Shown here piece after piece: positions 22,952 through 30,128 of a DNA stretch of 64,000 nt. The DNA is from Candidatus Caccoplasma merdavium. Its GTDB lineage: Bacteria > Bacteroidota > Bacteroidia > Bacteroidales > UBA11471. Position 1 is the stretch's first letter. Each line of letters starts with the position of its first letter. The position numbers were made by a program, and so were the translations under genes. The DNA is taken from NCBI GenBank assembly GCA_018715595.1, contig DVLI01000002.1:6023-70022 (forward strand). The letters are read 5' to 3'. The notes under the pieces are model-generated. The model was not told the origin of the DNA. It saw nothing but the letters and a program-made list of their open reading frames with translations, and searched no databases.

Positions 22952-23200
22952 ATGAAGAAAAACCAATCATTGCCGGACGGAAATCCGGCACACGGACCCC
23001 TCGACCGTCGCGAAGAGATGCTCGAACTTTGCTATAACCGACTGAAAGAATTGATACCCGAATGCACCAGTGAAGTAAATCTGTTGAAGTGCATCGAGAT
23101 TCTCGAAAAACAGGGCCATGCTTCTGCCCAGGCGGAAGGCGAAGCGGCCTTGTCGGTGATTACCGACACGCTCGACCGACTGGCGGCCCTGCGCCGATGA
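22952..23200 (+). CDS. hypothetical helical protein (82 aa); a small-terminase-like role is suggested by position only
   Basis: ORF 22853..23200 trimmed to the ATG 'MKKNQSLPDG'. It ends 2 nt before the terminase-frame ORF opens. Confidence 0.45.
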   Translation: MKKNQSLPDGNPAHGPLDRREEMLELCYNRLKELIPECTSEVNLLKCIEILEKQGHASAQAEGEAALSVITDTLDRLAALRR

Positions 23201-23264
23201 TTTGATAAAAAACACACCCGAGGTCGCCTTTGCCGCTGCATCTTTGCCGATAAAAAAAGGAATC

Positions 23265-25274
23265 ATGAATCTGACCGCAGACGAAATCAATGACATGCTG
23301 GCCGAGAACGACCGTCGCAAGCGTCTCCGTTCGCAGCCTTATCACCCCGAGACGGGCGAAGGGGCTGTCGTGGGCGAACGCATCGTCATGCATCTGCCCG
23401 ACGCACCGATACCGTTGCAGCATATCCCGCGGGAGATGCTCGACGAGGTCGAGCTCGTGCAGGGGCTGCGCCGGTGCGGTTCCATCGCCTCTTTTATCGA
23501 GAAGGAACTGGGACGTTTGCCCTGTACGCATTGGAAAGAAGAGGTGTGGCGGCGTTGGGTGAAGGTGCGTATCCGGTACGATTTCGAGTTTTGGGCCGTG
23601 ATGTTTGTCCGCATCAAGGACAAGATGGGCGATGGCGATGTGCCGTTCCGGCTCAATCTCCCGCAGCGCAAGTTGCTCATGCGGCTCGAATCGCAGCGTC
23701 GTGCCGGGAAACCCGTGCGCCTGATTTTGCTGAAAGCCCGCCAGTGGGGCGGTTCCACGCTCGTGCAGCTCTATATGGCCTGGATACAGCTGGTGCACCG
23801 CAAGAACTGGCACAGTGTGATATGTGCCCACCTCAAAGATGCGGCAGCGCATATAAAAGGAATATACACCAAGTTGCTCGACAATTATCCCGCTTGGCTC
23901 ATGCCCGATGGGGTGGCTCCCCGCTTCCGCCCATACGAGCGTACCGGCAATACTTCGGTCATCGAAGGGTCGGGTAGCCGGGTGACTGTCACCTCGGCCG
24001 AGACCCCCGAGTCGGTGCGGGGGTCCGATGCCGTCATGGCCCATCTTTCCGAGGTCGCTTTTTGGCCCCGCACCCGACTGCGCTCGCCCGAGTCGCTGGT
24101 GCGCGCCATCTGCGGGTCGGTGGCTTTGCTGCCCGACTCGCTCGTGGTCATGGAGAGCACGGCCAACGGCACGGGAAACTATTTCCACCAGGAGTGCGAG
24201 CGCGCCAAGCGGGGCGAGAGCGACAAGGAGTTCTTGTTCGTTCCCTGGTACGACATCGAGATGTATGCCCTGCCGGTCGACGACCCCGCGGCCTTTGCCG
24301 CGTCGCTCGACGACTACGAACGTTCCTTGTGGCAGCGCGGCGCCACCCTCGAAGCGATTGCCTGGTACCGGCAGAAGCGCAAGGAGTATCCCGACCATGC
24401 CGACATGATGGCCGAATACCCTTCCGATGATGTCGAGGCGTTCAATCACAGCGGTGAACGTGTCTTCGACATACGGCAGGTGCAGCGGTTGCGGGAGAAC
24501 TGCCGACCGCCCGACCGGGTGGGCGAACTTTATGGCGCCAAGACCTTCGGCCGGGAATCGCTGCAAGAGCTGCATTTTGTCGATGAGGCGGCCGGGAAGT
24601 TGCAGGTGTGGGCACTGCCCGACGATGCGGCGCGAGTCCGTGACCGTTATGTCGCCGTTGTCGACATCGGTGGCCGGTCGGTCTCGGCCGACTATTCGGT
24701 GATTGTCGTCTTCGACCGCTATTGGCAGATGTATGGCGGGGTGCCCGAGGTCGTCGCACAGTGGCGCGGGCACATCGACCACGACCTGTTGGCCTGGAAA
24801 GCGGCCCAAATCGCCGCATTCTATCAGGAAGCCCTGTTGGTCATCGAGAGCAATACCCTCGAAACCGAACACACCGACGGCGAGCATACCGAGTATATAC
24901 TCGATACCCTCTCCGATGCCTATTCGCACCTCTATGCGCGCACCTCTTCCGAGATGATTCGCTCCTCGGCGCCTTCGCGCTGGGGCTTTCACATGAACCG
25001 TTCGACCAAAACGCTTATCATCAACCATCAGATACAGATGCTGCGCGAGAGCGGCTATGTAGAGCGAGACCTGCTGGCCTGCTACGAGCACGACGTTTTC
25101 GAACGCAAACCCAACGGCAGTTTCGGCGCCATGGACGGCCACCACGACGACATACTCATCACCCGCTGCATCGGCACCTATATCTGTTATACCGAGCCGT
25201 TGCCCGTACCGGTCGGCGATAACCGAAAGAGCCGCCGCCGACCATCACAACCTCTCAGTGAGGCCAGTATGTAG
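23265..25274 (+). CDS. terL: phage terminase large subunit-like protein
   Basis: ORF 23202..25274 opens with TTG; the first ATG is at 23265. P-loop-like 'LLKARQWGGST' (23733..23759), Walker-B-like 'AVMAHLSEVAF' (E at 24051..24053), 'VVMESTANGTGN' coupling motif, then RNase-H-like nuclease signatures 'YVAVVDIGGRS', 'LLVIESNT', 'GHHDDILITR'. Confidence 0.72.
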   Translation: MNLTADEINDMLAENDRRKRLRSQPYHPETGEGAVVGERIVMHLPDAPIPLQHIPREMLDEVELVQGLRRCGSIASFIEKELGRLPCTHWKEEVWRRWVKVRIRYDFEFWAVMFVRIKDKMGDGDVPFRLNLPQRKLLMRLESQRRAGKPVRLILLKARQWGGSTLVQLYMAWIQLVHRKNWHSVICAHLKDAAAHIKGIYTKLLDNYPAWLMPDGVAPRFRPYERTGNTSVIEGSGSRVTVTSAETPESVRGSDAVMAHLSEVAFWPRTRLRSPESLVRAICGSVALLPDSLVVMESTANGTGNYFHQECERAKRGESDKEFLFVPWYDIEMYALPVDDPAAFAASLDDYERSLWQRGATLEAIAWYRQKRKEYPDHADMMAEYPSDDVEAFNHSGERVFDIRQVQRLRENCRPPDRVGELYGAKTFGRESLQELHFVDEAAGKLQVWALPDDAARVRDRYVAVVDIGGRSVSADYSVIVVFDRYWQMYGGVPEVVAQWRGHIDHDLLAWKAAQIAAFYQEALLVIESNTLETEHTDGEHTEYILDTLSDAYSHLYARTSSEMIRSSAPSRWGFHMNRSTKTLIINHQIQMLRESGYVERDLLACYEHDVFERKPNGSFGAMDGHHDDILITRCIGTYICYTEPLPVPVGDNRKSRRRPSQPLSEASM

Positions 25275-25327
25275 AGAAAAATAATAAAATCGGCAGCAAA
25301 AAATTTGGGTTATTGAAAATTAGTGCA

Positions 25328-25335
25328 TAACTTTG
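25328..25335 (+). promoter_or_regulatory. -7 box TAACTTTG upstream of rplU-rpmA, with an ~80-nt leader containing a hairpin (25338..25367)
   Basis: Matches TAnnTTTG. The leader hairpin is 'gctcttat'/'ataagagc'. The box lies only 54 nt after the terminase stop. Confidence 0.5.
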
Positions 25336-25419
25336 CGGCTCTTATTCCGTGACGGGTACATAAGAGCGGTTCACGACGAACGGCCACCCGGCGGAGGTAA
25401 CCTGTAATTATTTAAACAG

Positions 25420-25731
25420 ATGTACGTAATTGTAGAAATCCAAGGACAGCAGTTCAAAGCCGAAGCCGGCAAGAGACTCTATGTTCACCGTTTGGACGCT
25501 GAGCAAGGTGCTGCTGTCGAGTTTGACAAAGTATTGTTGGTCGACAACGACGGAGCCGTAAAAGTTGGTGCTCCCACCGTAGAAGGTGCAAAGGTCGTTT
25601 GCGAAGTCCTCTCTCATCTCAAAGGCGAACGTATCATCGTCTTCAAGAAGAAAAGAAGAAAAGGTTATCGTAAACGCAACGGTCACCGTCAATGCTTTAC
25701 CGAAGTGTTAATTAAAGATATTGTTGCTTAA
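25420..25731 (+). CDS. rplU: 50S ribosomal protein L21
   Basis: 103-aa ORF. '[25 protein letters not shown]...[16 protein letters not shown]' is typical of L21. Confidence 0.96.
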   Translation: MYVIVEIQGQQFKAEAGKRLYVHRLDAEQGAAVEFDKVLLVDNDGAVKVGAPTVEGAKVVCEVLSHLKGERIIVFKKKRRKGYRKRNGHRQCFTEVLIKDIVA

Positions 25732-25754
25732 ACCACTGATTAAACGAGAAGAAA

Positions 25755-26012
25755 ATGGCACACAAGAAAGGTGTCGGTAGTTCAAAGAACGGCCGCGAAT
25801 CAGAAAGTAAAAGATTAGGTGTGAAAGTCTTTGGCGGACAAGTAGCGAAAGCTGGAAATATCCTCGTGCGTCAGAGAGGTACGGTACACCACCCCGGAGT
25901 AAACGTAGGTATGGGCAAAGACCACACCTTGTTTGCACTCATCGACGGTGTCGTAGTGTTCCGTAAGAAACAAGACAACCGTTCATACGTTTCGGTTGAA
26001 CCCCAAAACTAA
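25755..26012 (+). CDS. rpmA: 50S ribosomal protein L27
   Basis: 85-aa ORF. '[34 protein letters not shown]' is typical of L27. Confidence 0.97.
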   Translation: MAHKKGVGSSKNGRESESKRLGVKVFGGQVAKAGNILVRQRGTVHHPGVNVGMGKDHTLFALIDGVVVFRKKQDNRSYVSVEPQN

Positions 26013-26070
26013 GAATATTCCTCAGAGGTGACGCTTGTCGTTGCAAACAAGGAACATAGAAAAGTCAAGG

Positions 26071-26109
26071 AAACAGGGTATCGGTTATGCCGATACCCTG
26101 TTTCGTTTT
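26071..26109 (+). terminator. rho-independent terminator after rpmA
   Basis: Stem 'aaacagggtatcgg'/'ccgataccctgttt' followed by 'cgtttt'. Confidence 0.65.
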
Positions 26110-26203
26110 GAGGACTCGCTTTCTTCCCGCAGAGAGGTTCCTCTTTTGACTCTTTTTCACCTCTTTATCGACAATAATAATTTGAGGGTCGCCTCGAAAA
26201 GCG

Positions 26204-26211
26204 TATCTTTG
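26204..26211 (+). promoter_or_regulatory. -7 box TATCTTTG upstream of the phosphatase gene
   Basis: Matches TAnnTTTG, 28 nt before the ATG at 26239. Confidence 0.5.
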
Positions 26212-26238
26212 CGCCCAAATATAAATTCGGTTTAGCCT

Positions 26239-26739
26239 ATGACGATGCATGCCACCCCCGAACGTCCTTGTCGCGTACTTTTTGTCTGCTTGGGCAACAT
26301 CTGCCGTTCCCCGGCCGCCGAAGGCATTATGCGACACATGGTCGAGGAGCGTGGCCTCTCGACCGCGTTTTACATCGACTCGGCCGGTACTTACGGCGGC
26401 CATGCCGGAGAGCTGCCCGATGCCCGCATGCGCAGCCATGCCGCGCGGCGGGGTTATCGTCTCGACCATCGTTCCCGTCCCATAACGGCTGACGACTTCG
26501 ACCGCTTCGATGTCATCATAGGCATGGACGACATGAATATCGAGAACTTGCGCCGTTTGGCACCCGATGCCGACTCCCTGTCGAAGATTCACCGCATGAC
26601 CGACTATGCTCGCCGGTATGGCCACGATTATGTGCCCGACCCCTATTACAGTGGAGCCGATGGTTTTGAGCTGGTGCTCGATTTGCTCGAAGATGCGTGC
26701 GGCGGGCTGATAGATGCCCTTTCGGCCCCCGATGCTTAA
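26239..26739 (+). CDS. low-molecular-weight protein-tyrosine phosphatase
   Basis: 166-aa ORF. P-loop 'VLFVCLGNICRSPAAEG' (CX5R) and downstream 'DPYY' motif. Confidence 0.9.
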   Translation: MTMHATPERPCRVLFVCLGNICRSPAAEGIMRHMVEERGLSTAFYIDSAGTYGGHAGELPDARMRSHAARRGYRLDHRSRPITADDFDRFDVIIGMDDMNIENLRRLAPDADSLSKIHRMTDYARRYGHDYVPDPYYSGADGFELVLDLLEDACGGLIDALSAPDA

Positions 26740-26766
26740 TCGGCAGGAACTTAATTTTTTTTGCTT

Positions 26767-27477
26767 ATGAAGAAATGGATATTTTTGATATGTCTCCTTT
26801 TCTCTTGTGAGAGTTGGATAGCTGCTCGCTCCCACACCGATGGAGATACTTTGACACAGATTTTCCCCGACATCGAGGCGGTGCGACAGGCGGTGCAGAA
26901 TCCCGAGTCGCCCTGTTTCTATCCACGGCTCATTGCCCGGTACATGCAGCGTGATACCACGCTTACCACCGAGGAATACCGTTGCCTCTATCTGGGCTAT
27001 TCGTTCCAAGACGATTATGACCCTTATCGGGTGTCGTCTTACGAAATGTCGCTCGATACCCTTTATCGGCGCAATGACCTCACGGCGGCCGAATGCGAGA
27101 AACTCATTCGATATGCCGGTCAGGTGTTGGCCGACAATCCTTTCGACCTGCGCCGCATGGCCGTCCTGGTCTATGCCAACACGATGCTCGGCAATCACGC
27201 CGAAGTGAATTTCTGGCAGACACGCATTCACCATCTTGTCGATGCCATACTCTCTACCGGAGACGGTCGCACGCCCGAGACAGCCTGGTATGTTATCGAG
27301 CCGGTACATGCCTATGATATACTCAATACGTTAGGTGTCGTTGCCGAAGCCTACGAGTTCGAGCCCCCATGTTACGATTACATTCAGGTTTATGACCTCA
27401 TTGGCAATGCTCGCGGGTTTTACTTCAATGTCAGCCGCATACTCGAAGAGTACCAGCGTAAGTTTGGCACGGAGTGA
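26767..27477 (+). CDS. DUF4919 domain-containing secreted protein
   Basis: ORF 26761..27477 trimmed to the ATG 'MKKWIFLICLLFSC' (signal peptide). Overall similarity to Bacteroidales DUF4919 proteins is from memory. Confidence 0.7.
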   Translation: MKKWIFLICLLFSCESWIAARSHTDGDTLTQIFPDIEAVRQAVQNPESPCFYPRLIARYMQRDTTLTTEEYRCLYLGYSFQDDYDPYRVSSYEMSLDTLYRRNDLTAAECEKLIRYAGQVLADNPFDLRRMAVLVYANTMLGNHAEVNFWQTRIHHLVDAILSTGDGRTPETAWYVIEPVHAYDILNTLGVVAEAYEFEPPCYDYIQVYDLIGNARGFYFNVSRILEEYQRKFGTE

Positions 27478-27497
27478 GCGGCTGAGCTGGAACAAGG

Positions 27498-27537
27498 AAA
27501 TGAAAAAGGAGGGGAAATTTCCCCTCCTTTTTCATTT
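27498..27537. terminator. perfect 40-bp palindrome (20-bp arms) after DUF4919
   Basis: 'aaatgaaaaaggaggggaaa|tttcccctcctttttcattt', followed by 'ttg'. Confidence 0.65.
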
Positions 27538-27619
27538 TTGTATCTTGAATATCGGAAAAATCCGGTTCAGCGGTTTGTCGGGCAATGTTATTTCCAAACC
27601 GTCGGCCGTGCGGGAGAAT

Positions 27620-27793
27620 TTTCGCGTTGCGGAACCATTCGGGTACCTGATAGGACGACAATGACTCCCATGTGGGTCGGAATTGCCCCTGCATCATGGG
27701 CTCATCGTCTTCTGTGACGGGTACTTGATAAGTCTGTGCCGACATGAGTCCGGCGGAGAAAATCAGTGATAAGGAAAAGAGTTTGAGTTTCAT
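27620..27793 (-). pseudogene. 5' fragment of a GH29 alpha-L-fucosidase gene (signal peptide plus ~40 conserved residues, then truncated)
   Basis: 'MKLKLFSLSLIFSAGLMSAQ...FRPTWESLSSYQVPEWFRNAK' matches the GH29 N-terminus. After K58 the expected 'FGIF.HWG' is replaced by unrelated sequence. The ORF stays open to 27431, running through the palindrome. Confidence 0.7.
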
Positions 27794-27822
27794 GGCAGTT
27801 TTTCAGGTATCTCTGTTTTTAA

Positions 27823-27830
27823 CAAAGATA
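27823..27830 (-). promoter_or_regulatory. -7 box TATCTTTG retained upstream of the fucosidase fragment
   Basis: The reverse complement of 'caaagata' matches TAnnTTTG, 30 nt upstream of the ATG at 27793. Confidence 0.45.
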
Positions 27831-27895
27831 GTGATAATAAGAGACAAATAGATATTTGCCGGGAAATTTTCACACGACAATGATGAGCCCCCTTT

Positions 27896-27940
27896 CTCCA
27901 TGACGAGTGGCGGGAAATCTTCCCGCCACTCGTCATGGAG
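27896..27940. terminator. perfect hairpin (21-bp arms, 3-nt loop) just downstream of the portal-like gene
   Basis: 'ctccatgacgagtggcgggaa atc ttcccgccactcgtcatggag'. No clear U-tract. Confidence 0.5.
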
Positions 27941-27961
27941 AGAATTGGACAACAAAGAAAT

Positions 27962-29926
27962 TTATTGTGCCGACAGCAGGGCTTGCAAAAGCGGTTGCTG
28001 TAATGCCTGGGCTCCATTTGAGCCGTTCGGGCTTGTGAGCCCGAGGGCTTGCTGCTTTTGTCTCTCTTCTTTTTCTTTCTCGATGCTTTGCAGCAGACGG
28101 TCGGAGAAGGGGAAGGCTCCGTTTTCGAGCAAGGTTTCGAGGGAGATTTGTCCCATGCGGAAGAGTTGCAGCAAGAACTCGTTCGAGGCCGAACGGAATA
28201 CCGGCGAGGCTGTCGACTCGGTGATGTTGATGTCGACCTCGGCGTGCTGCACTTCGTCGGGCGTGTAAGGTACCTGGCTCTCGTCGACCTTGTCGCCGGC
28301 AATGTCGAGGTAACGTTGGCGGTCGTAGTATTGCTGCACGGTTTTCAGCAGTTTGGTGTCGCGATTTTCCCGGAAACTTTTGAACGACTCGAAGATGTCG
28401 ATGAGGTTGATGCCGGCATTCTGCACCTGTTGCATGTAGAGGTTGGCCGGCGTCCCGGGCGAGGGTGTCTGTCCCTGCATGGCGCCGTGCACGCCCGATA
28501 TGTCGTCGAGCAGTTTCATTTGCAGGTTGAGCAGTTCGTATGCGCCCACGTTGGTGGCGTTCACGGCAACTTGCTGCGGCAGGGCTTCGCCCGGCTTGGG
28601 CTTGAAGAGAATCACCCCGTTGTAGCGGGTCCACTCTTCGGCGATGTCTTCGATGGTCATGCCATCGGGAATTTGGTTCTCGGGGAAGAGAAGTACCCCT
28701 TTGGCGCTCGACCCCATGATGAAGTCGACCAGGGTGATGAGGCGGTTGATGTAGCGTTGCTGGTCGATGACATCTTCGACAAATGAGTGTATCTCCCCGT
28801 CGATGAGCGGGTAGAGTTTGAAAGCATAAGGGTGTTCGCCGTGCCAGTAGGGCGTTTCTCCCTCGGCCAGTACCTCCCCGAAGGGGGTGAAGAAGCGGTA
28901 GTACCAGAATTGGTCGACAAACCATTCGGTATCGATGAGGGGTACATCTTCCCGTGCGATGCCTCTGCTGCGGGCCTCGTTGATGCGCCGGCGGTTTTCC
29001 TCGGCGATTTCGTCGGCACGGGCGACCTCTTCCTTGTAATAGCTTCCCGAGAGCCGGTCGTGGCACCTGAGCCGTTCCCGGCTTTCGAGACGCCACACCT
29101 CGATGATGCGGCACAGGTGCGTGTCGGCGGGCATGAAAAAGTCGATGTTGTCGAGTCGTTCGCTCGACAGGTTCTCGTAGTTTTCCCTGATGTGGCTCTC
29201 GGTGGCGTTGCCGTACATTTCGCGCAACTCTTCTCCGCGTTTGCGTGAGCCGTGGGCAAAGTGCGTGAGCACTTGGGCGACAGGCACGTCGTGCAGTTCG
29301 CCGATGAGGGTGCAATCCCAGTGTCGCGGGTCTTCGATGTTGTTGAAGAAGATGCGATTGGGATTTACCTCGTCGATCCACACATCGGTTTTGTCGTGCC
29401 GTTTCCCGTACCCTATTTTATGGAAGCAGCTTCCCGAGATGAGGAACTCTTCGAGCGAGCGTCCGTCGATTTCCCACAGGTGGTTGTGTTGGTGCACATA
29501 TTGCAGGGCCGCGCTCAGGACCTCGCTCAGCGGCTGGTCTTTCCGGTTGCGGGCGATGCACACCGGTTGGGTCTGTACCGAACGGAACTGGCCCACGACA
29601 TTTTTTACCAGTTTGCGTATCAGGTTGTTTTTCAGCGGGACTTTCCCTTGCTCTTTCAAGTATTGCTCTTCGCTCAGGGTGCGTCCGTCGGGCAGGTCGA
29701 TGTTGTCGCCCCATTGGTTGCCGAAGGTGTAATTGCGGCTGCGGGTGCGGGTATGGCGGTAACGGTCGAGGTTGTCCCAGGCGCGTTTGGCTTGCCACAA
29801 GACTTCGAGGTCGGTCTCGTCGGGCTCTTTTTTCCCTTGTGTATCGACCGAGGCGATGCTTTTCCCGGGCTGCTGTTGCGGCATCAGGTTCCGGTTGTTG
29901 AAAATGCGATAATTGGTTTCTTTCAT
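27962..29926 (-). CDS. phage portal-like protein
   Basis: ORF 27962..30091 trimmed to the ATG 'MKETNYRIF'. The layout is portal-like: N-terminal 'AKRAWDNLDRYRHTRTRSRNYTFGNQWGD', stem/tunnel region 'VEDVIDQQRYINRLITLVDFIMGSSAKGVLLFPENQIPDG' and 'NVGAYELLNLQMKLLDDISGVHGAMQGQ', and a helical acidic/Q-rich C-terminus. Confidence 0.7.
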   Translation of the reverse strand: MKETNYRIFNNRNLMPQQQPGKSIASVDTQGKKEPDETDLEVLWQAKRAWDNLDRYRHTRTRSRNYTFGNQWGDNIDLPDGRTLSEEQYLKEQGKVPLKNNLIRKLVKNVVGQFRSVQTQPVCIARNRKDQPLSEVLSAALQYVHQHNHLWEIDGRSLEEFLISGSCFHKIGYGKRHDKTDVWIDEVNPNRIFFNNIEDPRHWDCTLIGELHDVPVAQVLTHFAHGSRKRGEELREMYGNATESHIRENYENLSSERLDNIDFFMPADTHLCRIIEVWRLESRERLRCHDRLSGSYYKEEVARADEIAEENRRRINEARSRGIAREDVPLIDTEWFVDQFWYYRFFTPFGEVLAEGETPYWHGEHPYAFKLYPLIDGEIHSFVEDVIDQQRYINRLITLVDFIMGSSAKGVLLFPENQIPDGMTIEDIAEEWTRYNGVILFKPKPGEALPQQVAVNATNVGAYELLNLQMKLLDDISGVHGAMQGQTPSPGTPANLYMQQVQNAGINLIDIFESFKSFRENRDTKLLKTVQQYYDRQRYLDIAGDKVDESQVPYTPDEVQHAEVDINITESTASPVFRSASNEFLLQLFRMGQISLETLLENGAFPFSDRLLQSIEKEKEERQKQQALGLTSPNGSNGAQALQQPLLQALLSAQ

Positions 29927-30086
29927 AAAAATATAAAATTGGTTTGACGTGGAGCGGCCGGGCCGCAATGATTTTTCACGGGACAAATAAAGCGATGAAT
30001 TTTCCCCGCGGCATGTGAAGTTTATAAAAAGCGTCCGCCTGCGACCGATTTGATAAATTCCCCACGGAGCCCCTTGGCTCGTGGCA

Positions 30087-30094
30087 TACATTTG
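30087..30094 (+). promoter_or_regulatory. -7 box TACATTTG upstream of the 867-aa gene
   Basis: Matches TAnnTTTG, 35 nt before the ATG at 30129. Confidence 0.5.
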
Positions 30095-30128
30095 TTGCTG
30101 TCATAACCAACTTTTAAATTACGAAAAT

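Larger units (their letters stand above)
20079..25274. mobile_element. phage-derived gene block A (three-gene virion/ejection-like operon plus small ORF and large-terminase-like gene); no integrase or att sites seen
   Basis: Gene content only (see the individual CDS entries). Bounded by tRNA-Gly and the rplU promoter. Confidence 0.5.

Noticed and set aside
23160-25145. 661-aa ORF antisense to the terminase-like gene
   Set aside because: The plus-strand frame carries ordered ATPase and nuclease motifs. The antisense frame has none and shows typical shadow composition.
26065-27309. 414-aa minus-strand ORF in the interval between the two phage-like blocks, considered as a possible hidden capsid gene
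   Set aside because: It runs antisense across the rpmA terminator, the phosphatase gene and most of DUF4919, all of which have clear signatures and promoters on the plus strand. I saw no capsid-like features.
27933-29381. 482-aa same-strand alternate-frame ORF overlapping the portal-like gene
   Set aside because: The product is extremely Arg/His/Pro-rich and it runs through the downstream hairpin. The portal frame has coherent protein-like sequence over 654 codons.
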